Below, one piece after another: positions 1-12,053 of a DNA stretch of 64,000 nt; the stretch's first letter is position 1, and each line of letters opens with the position of its first letter. The stretch comes from Caerostris darwini (lineage: Eukaryota), in contig BPLQ01011166.1 in NCBI GenBank assembly GCA_021605075.1, positions 407,264 through 471,263 of the forward strand, written 5' to 3'. A program made the position numbers and the translations under genes. The notes beneath the pieces were generated by a model. The model was not told the origin of the DNA. It saw only the letters and a list, made by a program, of their open reading frames with translations, and did no database searches.

Positions 1-563
1 TATAACCAATAGCTCAGGTAGTACTGCTTTAGCATACTGTCGTAGTGCTACTTTAGCATACTAAGTGTTAAGAGACTTTTCCCAGCACTGAAGTTTACAA
101 AACGCTATCTTGGATCAACAATGAATGAAAATTGTATAGAAGCTATTCTATTATAAGGGAAAAAATAAGTTTTAATGTATTTCAAATATAGAATTTCAAT
201 GCTTAAAATGTGCATTTTAATATTTTTTTTATCTTAAGCTATTCTATAATTCTTTGGTTGAAAATACAAATGTTTTCATTAATATTTATACATATATAAT
301 TTTTATAATTGATGATATATTGATTTTTATAGCATATAAATCACAATATACAATAAAAATCAACGTATTGCAACTCTAAAGCCTAGCAATGTATAAATCT
401 TATTTTCTTCTCACTCTATCAATAGATGACACATTTAAAAATTTATAATCAAAGACATTATAATTAAAAACTTTAAAAAAGCTTAAGTCAATAATTTTTA
501 TCAGTTTAAACTTCATACAATAAAATATGAAATACTACCTATATTTAAATTAACAAATAATTA

Positions 564-764
<201 letters not shown>

Positions 765-1789
765 TTAAAATTAATTAAAGTAGATTATATAACTAAAATT
801 AATTCATTTTGGGGTGATTTGTATATCACAACACATTTTTTACAAACTATATGATAAAGAATATAATAGTAGCATTTCTTAACTTCCACAGTACCTTTTT
901 GACAGATGCAATACACTTTTAGAATATTTTATTTGCATAAAATTTTTTTCAAGTATTAATTTCTGTACAGTTTCACTATCATACATTATTTTTTAAAAAT
1001 GTAATAACAATTTTTAATTATTTTTATTTATACTGTCAAAATTTACATAATTATGTAAAAAAGTTATATAGTTTGTTCACAGCATTCAAAATTATTTACT
1101 ATAATTGAATACAATTTTACATTTCTTGTTTCTTACATTTACTGTAAGAAATATGCTTAATGCAAAGAAATTTAATGTGCCAGTTAAAACAATAAAACTA
1201 CAATTCCAGTTTCAAATATGCATTAACTTTATCACTAACTTAATAATTCAACACAATTACTCAAACAATAAAATATTTTCTTTATATAATTTTATATCTT
1301 TTATATCATATACTCTTTATTTTATACATATTTTTTCTAATTTGTTATGAAGGTAATTAAAAGGCAAATAGTGAATTTAACTTTAGGTGAAACTGCATAG
1401 ATTTAACAATTATTTCAATAGTTGCCTTTTAATTTTTGTAACAACAAAGCAAAAAGCTAAATCTAAATTTTCATTAATCAAATGAATGCACTTTTTTTCA
1501 TTTATAACAAAAAATGTTTGTTTGTTATATTTACTAGAACTCAAGAAGGTTTGCTAATTTTAAAGCATCATGTAGCAAAGTTTTATAATTTTAAAATATT
1601 TATTGAGATAAATTTAACTAACAAGTGATATAAAAATTAAAATAAAGAATAGCTAGGTCACCAAAATTAAATGAATAAAGGACATTCTATGTTGCAGTTT
1701 ATGCATTGGTTGCAGCATGGACTGTAGTATATGTATTTTTAATCTACATGATCCAATATTTAAATATTAAGAAACTATAGGAAAAATAC

Positions 1790-3047
1790 CTGGTGGCAAA
1801 CCTTCATCCTTACTGTCATTTTTTGGTGCATCTTCATCACTTACATGGTAATCTGAATAACCACCGTCTGAGTCATAAACATCCTCATCAAAATCAAGAT
1901 GATGTATTCGTTTATAATCTTTTACCATGTAAGAGGGTGGTTTTGAAATTCTTCCTGAACGAGTTCTAGGTCTCTGTTTCTTTTTTTCTTCACGTTCTTC
2001 TTTGGATAAATGAGAATTTCCTTTATCATCATCATCTGTAAGTTTTCTATGGCGTCTTTTTGCTTGAGAAGAATTGGAGGATTTTCTATTGGCATTTGGC
2101 TTTGAAGCAGATTCAATTCTGGGATTATTACCCTGCACTTCAGATGGATGAACAACACGACACACAATTCTTGTTTTAGTGGAAGGATCGTACAGTACAG
2201 ATTTTCCACCATTCTGAATTTTGTTAGTTTTTTGGTTTTGCAAAACATAAGAGATTTGTTGTAATTGAGCTTGGGTTAAAACCTGAGTTGTTTCATATGA
2301 ATCACCTTTATGAGTTATTTGAATTGGATTTTCTACTGATCCCAAAGGTGCATTCGTTTTTTTCGTCAGTAAATTTAAGCTGGTTAAATAACTGTTGCTT
2401 GCTGAAGCTATAGATGATGAAAGAACAGTATCAGTTTGAATTGATGGATTACTAGACGATACAAGATCTTCAGAAATAATTAATGCTTCGCTTCCACCAA
2501 CAGTTTCATCGACATATATGCTTTCATTACAATTGCTATCAACTGAACCAGAATTAAAAGTTAAATTATGGTTATTTAAAAGTATTTGACTATTGTCAGT
2601 TAATATAAGGGGTTTTAAGTCATTATTACATGAATTAGAAATGCTTTTATCAGATTCAATACGGAAGTCTTGCAATTCTAAATTTTTATCAATTTTGTTA
2701 GAAACCACAGAACTATCAACTAGCTTTAAATTTTTGGAAACAATTTGGTCAACGGCTGAATCTAGGTTTAAAGATTTTACATTATGAATATAGGAATGAT
2801 CAGAAAGATGATGAATATTATCCAAAATAGTGCTTGGGGTTTGTATCAAATTATTTTGATCATATTCATCAATTTCATTTACAGTTGACTGCAGTGTACC
2901 AGTAGCTATAATATCTTTATCATTAAAGTGTGTGGGCAATTCCTGTGCAGAAATATTTTCAACAACTGGCACATGTTTATTTATCACAAGTGTTTGTTGT
3001 GAAAGTTCCTCCGCCATGCTAGAAACAGTCATATTACTTGTTGTCAT
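1790..3047 (-). CDS. Large coding exon (419 codons) of a low-complexity Ser/Asn/Asp-rich nuclear-type protein; possibly the first coding exon
   Basis: A 426-aa minus-strand ORF in an otherwise ORF-poor, AT-rich region. A strong donor CCAG|GTATTT sits at 1789-1788, and the last 7 ORF codons are probably intron. The acidic/basic C-terminal patch reads KRRHRKLTDDDDKGNSHLSKEEREEKKKQRPRTRSGRISKPPSYMVKDYKRIHHLDFDEDVYDSDGGYSDYHVSDEDAPK. An in-frame TAG lies directly upstream of the ATG, preceded by a possible acceptor ttttgcag. Confidence 0.5.
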
Positions 3048-3900
3048 CGTCTAATTTTTATTGAGATCTGCAAAATTTTATTTAATGAAAATTTATATCA
3101 CTTTATTTTTTTATAAAAAATTTTTTACATGATTTTCAGAAGATTTTTTTTTTTTTTTTTAATAATCATATTATAATTGTAAACAGACAGCATGACAGTT
3201 TCGCAGTTTCTGTTCTACGATGTTGCCGTTCTTCAAAATGACGTAAGTCGCAATATATTTTCTAAAATTTTAATGATGACAGGAGTTACCTCGTAAACAG
3301 AGTTTTTCAACTGAGAAACACAATTCAAAACCCAACAAGTGAGACTGAATCGGAAGTTTTCATGTCTAACTCAGGTACAGCGTAATAAATCTGTAGGCCA
3401 GAATGCTTTTTTTGTTTGAGCTCAAAAAGGTGGCAAGGATGGATGCGAATCCTCAGATGAATGTTGCGAATGACGGTAATTTATGATGACAGTAAAATGT
3501 CAATATATCGCTAATCAGCTCTATTCTAATTAAGTTTTCTTTTCTTCTTATTATAGCTTTGGCATTATCATTAGTAACCGCTTTTCAATGTAGGCCAAGA
3601 AGGTTATGCCCTTTAAGTAGTCGATTATTATAGTTGTCATAATAGACTCCATCTTCTACTTAAATTTATAGATTTTAACTCTGGAAAAGAACTAAATTTC
3701 AAAGTGAATGACAACAAATTTAACAAATCTTCGATCTGTAACCTAACTTGACGTTTTATCTTTTATTACATTCGCAATATCAAGCGGAACAATTCCTAAG
3801 GCCAATCCTGAAATCTTAAAAGATAACCTCCTTTCGGAGCTTGCAACATTTTAACATATAGATCATATACGCATGATTAGGCAGTGTAAATTACTAATTG

Positions 3901-3903
<3 letters not shown>

Positions 3904-3937
<34 letters not shown>
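3904..3937. repeat. (TA)n microsatellite
   Basis: Run atatatatatatatatatatatatatatatacatat. Confidence 0.9.
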
Positions 3938-5435
3938 GAATGGACTTGAAAAATAGTCAATATTAAAGCTATAATGGACATTCTCGTTATCGCATCTTTT
4001 AATCCAGAAAGCATAGTTACAAGTTTCTTAGTCGAAAACCTCTCGCTTGATATAATACAAAAGGAATACAAATCTTTTTGATATCATAGTAGACTCTGAT
4101 CAGGTCGTCAATCGTCCATATGTTCATAAACTTACTTGATCCGGTTGGATTACTACCACATTGCTTTACTTAAAGTGGGATCTCCAATAATTTTACTATG
4201 GAACCTCGACCCGCCAAAATTTTGCAATGACACCAAGACCGTCTCTAGCCAAGTAGTGATTCAAGGCATTTACAGATATATGAACCCCCCTTTTATTTAA
4301 ATTATACACTAAGAGTACATAGAGATAATTTCGTTTTCCTCTATCCTAGGGAAATTTCGAAAAAAGTGCGTATCACATAATCAAATTGGTTCAATATTGT
4401 TATCGTGGAAGAAGGACAAACACACTTTCGGATTTTTATAAAAGGTGTTGATTGGAACTATGACTTCCATATTCCTTCACAGATGTGAATGCCATACTCA
4501 AAAAATGAAAAAAATTTTTTTTTTTTTTGCTTCTCCATAAGAAGCTTATCAGCTCCAAAAAGATTTCGTATGAAGAAGTCAAAATATTTTTTCACTTTCG
4601 ACATTTCAGAAGAAAGTTGCTTGATATAATGAGCAAATCACCCCCAGCCTTTCACGGTTCAAATCAACATCCTATATTCAGACACACACCTAGAGAGGGT
4701 GTTTAGGGGGCTTGAGCCCTCCAAATTTCCTAAATGAAAGGTGTGCATGTATTCAACTTTGATTTAAAAAAAGATTGAGTAAAAGAAATTATAAATACAT
4801 TACAAATGTTTTCGGCTACAATAAAGATTCCCAATATCCTTATAAACATCAGCATTTTTGCATAAATGACAAATTTCAATTGTAGTTCGCTTAACTGTAA
4901 TAATAAAAAAAAACATCTAGTTCTTGTAGTTGGTTAGTTGATTGACTTTTGATGGAACAAGGACCAGACTTGGTCAAGCTGTACAAAACAACTGGTAATA
5001 CTCATAAGAAAATTCTTGCATTGTTAAAACGTACAATGTACAGAAAGTGAAATAGTTTAAAGATTGTTAAGATACTATAGATATCTATATAAACTATACA
5101 ATTTATCAGTAAAACGTTTAATTTAAGCATATCCAAAATTGTAGGACTAAAACAATCTTCATCGTATTCCAGCAACAACAACAAAGAAAATATTAATAAT
5201 TGAAAAATAGTGTAAAAAACCGATATTTTTTAAAAAAGCATAGTAGGTTATAGCAAGGTTTGATCGCCCCTGGTACGGAGTTGAAACTTATTAACCCCGC
5301 ACAATTCCTTCCCCCCCCCCCTCCTACACCAAAATATAAAATCTTGTTCATTGAGAAATCAATTTTTTATTCAATTGGTTAAATAAAGAGAGTTTCATAT
5401 TAATTATTTTGTAACGTTTTTTTTTTAATAAATAA

Positions 5436-5839
5436 TTGTTGTTGTTTCTTATCCCACTTGGCTGGCCAAGCCCACGAGCCCATACGTACTCATGATTGAA
5501 GGGGAAGGAAGCAGCTTCTGTTGTGATGGAGCCCACGTAGGTAGAAGTCTGACTTTGGCTCCGTGACGCTCTTACAGTCATAGGAGACCGGGACCTACGG
5601 CTTAAAGTGGATTCCGAACCACTACAACCATCCATGGCTCCGCCGGGATTCGAACCCGAAACCTGTGGCACCGAGCGCCAGAGCGCTAGACACTCGACCA
5701 TTCAGGTCCCAAATTTGTGAATGCCAACGGCACGCGGTATTCCCAAGTGGTCACCCACCCAAGTACTGACCGCGCCCAATGATGCTTGACTTCGGTGATC
5801 TAACGAGAACCGGTATATTCAGCATGGTATGGCCGTTGG
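5436..5839 (-). mobile_element. Composite SINE: 5S-rRNA-like head + tRNA-like module + conserved core + (CAA)n-type tail, flanked by a 12-bp TSD TTTAATAAATAA (5424-5435 / 5840-5851)
   Basis: Near-identical to 10551-10937. Read on the minus strand it goes 5S-like (118 nt), then a tRNA-like segment with GGTTCGAATCC, then the core CCATGGATGTTTGTAGTGGTTCGGAATCCACTTTAAGCCGTAGGTCCCGGTCTCCTATGACTGTAAGAGCGTCACGGAGC. Direct repeats flank the unit. Confidence 0.8.
5722..5839 (-). other. 5S rRNA-like sequence forming the 5' head of the SINE (pol III promoter module; not an independent 5S gene)
   Basis: Reverse complement reads GCCAACGGCCATACCATGCTGAATATACCGGTTCTCGTTAGATCACCGAAGTCAAGCATCATTGGGCGCGGTCAGTACTTGGGTGGGTGACCACTTGGGAATACCGCGTGCCGTTGGC. 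This is collinear with animal 5S rRNA (GCCAACGACCATACCACGCTGAATACATCGG...GGTTAGTACTTAGATGGGAGACCGCCTGGGAATACC...). No T-run terminator lies between it and the tRNA-like part. Confidence 0.75.
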
Positions 5840-6413
5840 TTTAATAAATAAAAAAGGTAAAATGCCATTTTATTAATAAGCCAGTTTAATGTGTAATGCA
5901 ATAAATCTTTTTTCTGGCGTATATCTTCATTATTATTAGAATACAGTTTAATGAAAACTCATTTTTTTTTACTTTTCGTTCAAGCTCTAATCCATCCAAC
6001 AAACTGTACTCTATTACGTCAACAAAATCGATATTTTCAGCTAGACTATTTTCAATTGACAAAATGGCTAAGCTAGAGAGTCGTGCTTGGTTCACAGAGG
6101 ATTTCAGACAATTCTTAATTCGAAAAAAATATCTCTCATGATGCAACAGAAATGCTTAAAGTAAATAAAAAATCTTAAAATTTCTATACAACCTATATAA
6201 TTCCCACGCTCTTGATTACTCAGTATAAATATCCCAGCAGCGGGCAGAAAGTTTTCACATAATGAAAAGCACTAAATGATACTTATTAGCTTTCTTTCAT
6301 ATAAAATGCAATTTTTTTAGAGACATCATGTTTATTTGTGTTTATAATTAGAATTAATATCCATTTTATTTTATTTTTATCCATTTATTACTATCATTTA
6401 CTTATTTTTAATA

Positions 6414-7313
6414 CTACTGTGCCCAAAAACTAAGACCAATCATTTTGTAAGAATAAGACCAAAAACTCTTTATTTATTCTTCCAAATTTATTTCATCGCC
6501 TTCAAAGTAATCCCCTCCAGACATAATGAACGTATGCCAACTTTTTTTAAAACCCTCAATGCATGCTAAAAAGTCATCGGCAAGAATGGCCTTCAAAGCG
6601 CGCGCGATTCACGTTGAATGTCTTCAATCGACTCAAAACGATGTCCCCGGAGTGGTCTTTTGAGTTTAGGGAATAGCTAGAAGTCGTACGGTGTAAATAC
6701 GGTGATTGTGGAACGACATGGGACTCATTTTCGGCGAAAAAGTCACGAAGAATCAATGCAGTGTGAGCTGGCGCATTCAGTTTTTTCGGTACCAATCGAG
6801 ATTTGACGCGTTTGAGGCCCAAAAGGAAATTGACCGATCCTTTTGAAATTCCAACATCATCAGCAAAGTCTCTCATTGTAAATCGACGGTTTGCAAGCAC
6901 CAAATCTTTAATTTTTGGATGTGAGCTTCGTTGGTTGAGGTTGATAGTCGACCAGAGGGCTCTTCGTCTTCAACGCGTTCTCTGCCTTCTTTGAACTGTT
7001 TATACCACTTCTAAACATTTCTTTCCGATATAGGAATGCTCATCGAATGCCCTGCAGCATTCTATATGTTTCCTTAAACAAAATTTAGTGTAATTTCTTT
7101 GCTCAATGAATTCAGACATTTCTAAAATCGCCGGTATCACTTTTAGCTTCTTACAAAGAGAAACGTAACTCAAACACTAATGAATGTTTTGACGGGAAAT
7201 TTTACACAGGTGTCAAAGACAGTGCCAGCAACCTAAAAAAGAAAAAAATTGAAACTCCGTAAGACCCGGGAATTTTAAACTGAAAATTGGTTTTACCTTT
7301 TGGACACATTTAG
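6414..7313 (-). mobile_element. Internally deleted mariner-like element (non-autonomous), TA TSD, about 28-bp terminal inverted repeats CTACTGTG(C/T)CCAAAAA(C/G)TAAGA(C/T)CAAT
   Basis: Minus-strand ORF remnants give a mariner HTH region (…LVLANRRFTMRDFADDVGISKGSVNFLLG…KRVKSRLVPKKL…) joined to a C-terminal end (…SGGDYFEGDEINLEE*). A TTAGGTTGCTGG motif lies 70 bp inside the 5' end. A second copy is at 36911-37734. Confidence 0.7.
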
Positions 7314-7518
7314 TACATATATATACAATGACTACTATTGGATTCTGTAGTTTTCCGAGATATTTAATGTCTTCACCTGGCAAACTTTTTGAACCCCTCA
7401 AAATACGTATTCTTTCAAATTGATCAACAACGACAGAGACAGTCGTATCACAAAATTTTTTTTCTTAGAGGGCGTTCATTTTCATTTGCTTCTCTTGTAA
7501 TACATCTTTCGGTGTCTT

Positions 7519-7600
7519 TACCTCGTAAATTTCCCTTTCTCTTTTTTACCTCGTAAATTTCCCTTTTTTCCCGTAAATTTCCCCTTTTTTTTCCCCCCGT
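7519..7600. repeat. Short tandem repeat (ACCTCGTAAATTTCCCTTTT-like unit, about 3 copies)
   Basis: tacctcgtaaatttccctttctcttttttacctcgtaaatttcccttttttcccgtaaatttcccc. Confidence 0.7.
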
Positions 7601-8251
7601 CCTTTAGATAACTTCATTTTTCAATTTCTTCTATTAGCTCACACTCTCCTTATATGTATTTTGTTCAAATTTTCAATCGTTCATGAAATACTTATTATTC
7701 GTCCACTCGAGTTCACATACATTTTTTTATTTTTATTTTTGAACTTGTAGTGGATGACACTTGATGTTAATACAGTTTTTTCAAATATTAATTCAGCAAT
7801 TAAATTTAATTAATTAATTATAGTTTTTTTTAATTTAAAAAAAGGTAATTAGGTAAATTAGTTGCATATATCTACCAATAGATGGCGCCAGATAAAATTA
7901 AAAAAATGAAAAGTAGTAAAAAAGTAGGAATTGACTTAAATTTTTTTTTTTATATATATTACTTGTTTCCAATCCATTTATTAATTCATGTTGTATTTTT
8001 ATTCCACGTGGTTGATAGCAATATCTAGATCAAGTCCTTGAACCCGTGTGTCTTAAACCGACGAGTCATGATAAAGGGTAAAAAATGCAGCTTCTTTTTT
8101 GTTATCGACCTTGTGACATAAAAACATGGGGCACCCAAAGGGAGATGTCTGACTTTACACCACCCGGAAACTGGATACCCCTTTTAAGGCATGAGGGGTT
8201 ACAATGGGGCTATTCTAACCCGGAACGACACGACAATTAATTCCTTTACGG

Positions 8252-8989
8252 CAGGGATAGGCAAACTACGGCCCACCGGAAGGTTCTATCCGGCAAGCGG
8301 TTTGAATTTTAATTTGCCGGTCCGATGCAAATTAAAAGAAATATATATTTATATATTATATATCCATCTCCTATTCTACTTTGATTAAATATTTTTTTTT
8401 TCATCCTTTTTTTAAAGGACTGATGATCTTTTTACTTTCTCTATTTTTGTTCTACAAAACAAATTGACGGAAATAGCAAGCACAGATAGCTTTCAATCGG
8501 TAAAGTGTTGAAAGCGGAAGTTCTTTGTTAGTTATAGCTGTAGATTGGCGCCAACAAGCGTTACCTCTATCTCCCAACAAGCGTTACCTCTATCTCGGGG
8601 AGCAGTCGTATGGGAATCCAATATAGGTGAATTAGATCTCACTTGTGGCAGACTGCGCATTTTAGGTTCCAGATAGCGACTTTTTCTTTTGCCGAGGGTT
8701 CTAATGTTATTGGTTGCGTATGGATAGATTGCGGACATATAACAGCATTGTGAATAGTGGTGAAGTTATTAAAGGTATAGCATAGCTAGTGCTTATTTGG
8801 ATTATTCGTAAAACATTTCAAAAATAAAGTATATATATTACTGGTTAATAATATTATAAATATTATGGTAATAATAAATGATTATTAATATTATAAATAT
8901 TTTTAAATTTTAGTAAAATTGATCTTGGCCCGTAAAACTTTTTTTTCTTCGATTTTTGGCCTGCGACCGAAAAAGTTTGCCCATCCCTG
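8252..8989 (+). mobile_element. MITE (about 738 bp) with terminal inverted repeats CAGGGAT(A/G)GGCAAACT…AGTTTGCCCATCCCTG and an internal 23-bp tandem duplication
   Basis: The ends are inverted (cagggataggcaaactacggcccaccgg … ccgaaaaagtttgcccatccctg). The whole element is about 80% identical to the reverse complement of 10956-11472. The spurious ORF 8191-8388 lies inside it. Confidence 0.65.
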
Positions 8990-9365
8990 CTTTATAGATT
9001 AAACCGCAGACTTATCTAAATTATCTATCTCTTCCTTAACTAGTGTTATTGAACAATTTGATATTTTTTCTGGAATAGTTACGTTTCTCCTTCAAGTGTG
9101 GCTTGAAACCAAAAGAAGTTTTTGGTGATGTATTTCCACCACAAATTTTCCGTTCAATCTTTTTGTCTCCATTGCTCGATTTTTAGTTTTTTGTATCCTC
9201 TTCGTCTTCATCGCTGCTATCCTCCAATGGCTTTGTTGTCAGTTCCTGTAGCATTTTTCCCACTCGAAGAGTTGTGGCATTTTTTACCCAGGAGAGGGGA
9301 ATGTATATATTCTTTGACAAATACATAATAACAACCTGTGAAATATATCACTCAAATTTGACAGC

Positions 9366-9650
9366 AAAGGCCTCGCGAGTGGCTAGCGCTCGGTACCACA
9401 GGTTTCGGATTCGAATCCCGGCTGTGCCATGGATATTTGTAATGGTTCGGAATCCACTTTAAATCGTAGGCCCCGGTCTAACATGATAGTAGTGCGTTGT
9501 GGGGGTATTGTTACTTCGCGTCCGTGGTTTATCTTCAAGCTACACGCATCTCCTTGGTTATGCTAAGTGAGTAACGTTGGTGCAGCGTTTGCCTTAAGGC
9601 ATCAAAGACAACTGTCTAAGTGTTTGCCAGCTGCATTAGAACAAAAAAAT
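9366..9650 (+). mobile_element. tRNA-derived SINE copy (tRNA-like head GGCCTCGCGAGTGGCTAGCGCTCGGTACCACAGGTTTCGGATTCGAATCCCGG + core), A-rich end
   Basis: Shares the core CCATGGATATTTGTAATGGTTCGGAATCCACTTTAAATCGTAGGCCCCGGTCTAACATGA. Imperfect flanking repeats are TTGACAGCAAAG and TTGATAGCAGATAAG. Confidence 0.55.
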
Positions 9651-10550
9651 TTTTGATAGCAGATAAGCAGTGTTGTGAGTAGTTATATTACATGCAATTG
9701 GTGTTTTGTACTAATGGGAACAACCTGTCACTCAAATCTGATAGCAGATAATCAGTATCATGGATAAGGATATCATGAAATTAGCGATTGTCTGTGCGAA
9801 CTTACAAAAAATGACCGAAACAATTACAGATGGAATATGGACTACACCATGAGCTGTCGCATCGTGATTGATGATAGACCAAGGACTAAGAAAATGCCTA
9901 CTCGAAGAAGAAGTGGGGAAAGCTGAACCCTCCCCCCTCTTAAAGGGAGGCTTTTGGAGAAGTAGAAGAGAGTTCTGCAACGAGTCGACAAACAGTGTTG
10001 TTTTTCTCTTTTACTGAAAGTGCAAGCCGGAGTTTCCTCCTGTTTTACAAAATGAGCCCCTTGTCATTTCGTGTATTACGCCGTGTGTTAATTGATGTCT
10101 GCCGCAGACCACGTGTTTTAAATTCATTGTAGACTCGAAAACTGTGAAAATCTCCGTCCTTGGAGAGAAATGCACTAGTGAAATTCAAATTTAGATATTC
10201 AATTTTCTTTTTTTGTAAATAATAAATTGTATTAACAAAGAGTTCAATATATATATATATAACGCTTGTAAATAAAAATTTGGTGTTCCTATGAACCTGA
10301 AGGTGTCGCTTTTTTGAAGCCGTTATAGGTCTAGTACAGGGGGAGAAGTTACAGTTCCATTTGACTTTCTGAATCAGCATTAACAAACCACTCTCTCTGA
10401 TTATATAGCTTTATATAAAGATTATAATTTAAGATTAATTTTACAATTTCTCTGAATTCTTCTTCAACATCATCAATAAGCGAATGAATGATTATAAGCG
10501 TCTTCATCTAATTGAAATTGTTTTCTTTCCTTTATGTGCTCTGTTGGTAT

Positions 10551-10937
10551 GTTGTTGTTGTTGTTTCTTATCCCACTTGGCTGGCCAAGCCCACATGGAC
10601 TCATGATTGAAGGGGAAGGAAGCAGCTTCTGTTGTGATGGAGCACCCGTAGGTAGAAGCCTGACTTTTGCTCCGTGACGCTCTTACAGTCATAGGAGACC
10701 GGGACCTACGGCTTAAAGTGGATTCCGAACCACTACAAACATCCATGGCACCGCCGGGATTCGAACCCGAAACCTGTGGCACCGAGCGCCAGACACTCGG
10801 CCATTCAGGTCCCAAATTAGCCAACGGCACGCAGTGTTCCCAGGTGGTCACCCACCCAAGTACTGACCGCGCCCAATGATGCTTAACTTCGGTGATCTAA
10901 CGAGAACCGGTATATTCAGCATGGTACGGCCGTTGGC
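10551..10937 (-). mobile_element. Composite 5S-headed SINE, second copy, flanked by a perfect 14-bp TSD TGCTCTGTTGGTAT (10537-10550 / 10938-10951)
   Basis: About 93% identical to 5436-5839 over 5S + tRNA-like + core + (CAA)n tail. The 5S-like part is 10820-10937. The TSD is read directly from the sequence. Confidence 0.85.
10820..10937 (-). other. 5S rRNA-like head of SINE copy 2
   Basis: Reverse complement reads CCAACGGCCGTACCATGCTGAATATACCGGTTCTCGTTAGATCACCGAAGTTAAGCATCATTGGGCGCGGTCAGTACTTGGGTGGGTGACCACCTGGGAACACTGCGTGCCGTTGGC. Confidence 0.75.
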
Positions 10938-10955
10938 TGCTCTGTTGGTATAGAA

Positions 10956-10995
10956 CAGGGATGGGCAAACTTTTTCAGTCGCTGGCCAAAAATCG

Positions 10996-11026
<31 letters not shown>

Positions 11027-11472
11027 GGCGGGCCAAGATAAATTTTTTTAAAATTTTGAAAACACCTAATAGAAACGCACCTTGTAATTTTTTTAAAATT
11101 TCACCTATATTTTCTTCCCATATGTCTGCTCCCCGAGAAAGAGATAACGCTTGTTGGCGCCAAGCTACAGCTATAACTAACAAAGAATTTCCGCTTTTAA
11201 CACTTTACTGACTGAAAGTTGTCTGTGCTTGCTATTTCCGTCAATTTATGTTTTGTAGAACAAAAATAGAGAAAGTAAAAAGATCATTAGTCATTAGAAA
11301 GTAAAAGTCCTTTAAAAAAAAATATTTAATCAAAATAGAAAAGGAAATGGATGTATAATATAGATTTCTTTCAATTTGTCTCAGACCGACAAATTAAAAT
11401 TCTATCCGCTGGCCAGATAAAACCTTCCAACGGGCCGGAGTTGTCACGCGGGCCTTAGTTTGCCCATCCCTG
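10956..11472 (-). mobile_element. MITE, second copy of the CAGGGATGGGCAAACT-TIR family (517 bp), inverted relative to 8252-8989
   Basis: Termini are cagggatgggcaaactttttcagtcgctggcc … ggccttagtttgcccatccctg. The interior aligns with the reverse complement of copy A (caaattgacggaaatagcaagcacagata…, gctacagctataactaacaaagaa…). Confidence 0.65.
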
Positions 11473-12053
11473 GTATAGCATAACTATTACTATTATCAGA
11501 TTCTCTTCTTATCTCTCTGTTCTCCTCATCGCCAATATTCATCTCGTTTTCTGATACAGCTGCCTTGTATACGCTACTTTCATTATTTAATGCAGCTATA
11601 AAAACAAATATTATTCAGAACAACTTGAGAGAGAAAATTAATCACGTTTGTTCAACATAATATTATATATAAAGCAATTGTAAATATCATAAAGTAATTC
11701 AGTTGAATGTGATTTTACTTTTTTTAGGGAGAAAAAAATACTTTTTTTTTCCTTTCGAAAGGAATGCTTTTTTTAAATGAAATTCCTGTTTGTTTGAAAA
11801 AAAATTTTTTTTTTTTCACTTCGATCAGTTCATCTTTAAAACCAGTTGATAATTTTCCCCCCTCTCTCTTTCTAAAAGAGTGTTATTCAGTTGCTATTTA
11901 TATAATAACAATGCTATTAAGCATAACAGTGCATTATTTATAACATGCACAATTTATTAATACACTCATGACGATAAATTAAGGATAATTCAGAATCACA
12001 CAGAAATTGAACTCTAAAATAAAAATTTCACCTGTAGAATTATCACACACATC

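Noticed and set aside
5348-5701. ORFs of 60-196 aa overlapping SINE copies (5348-5701, 10504-10851, 14942-15127, 18345-18729, 19580-20170, 18836-19036)
   Set aside because: They are translations of the conserved SINE core or tail (the recurring …SGSNPGGAMD.CSGSES… peptides). The same sequence recurs in both orientations at more than 10 loci, so these are not protein genes.
5722-5839. Interpreting the 5S-like sequences as bona fide 5S rRNA genes
   Set aside because: The target-site duplications enclose the 5S segment together with the downstream tRNA-like part, core and tail. No pol III T-run terminator follows the 5S sequence, and the two copies are not in a tandem rDNA array.
6985-7245. TTAGGTTGCTGG(C/A)ACTGTC… as the mariner 5' terminal inverted repeat
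   Set aside because: No inverted partner exists at the other end of either copy. The elements are bounded instead by CTACTGTG…CCAAAAAGTAAGA…CAATT inverted repeats with TA flanks 70 bp further out. The inner motif may be a relic of an ancestral terminus.
8252-11472. A single large foldback transposon with about 500-bp terminal inverted repeats
   Set aside because: Each arm has its own complete short TIRs and the arms are only about 80% identical with different internal indels. Two independent insertions of the same MITE family are more parsimonious. The question is kept as a finding because it is cheap to test.
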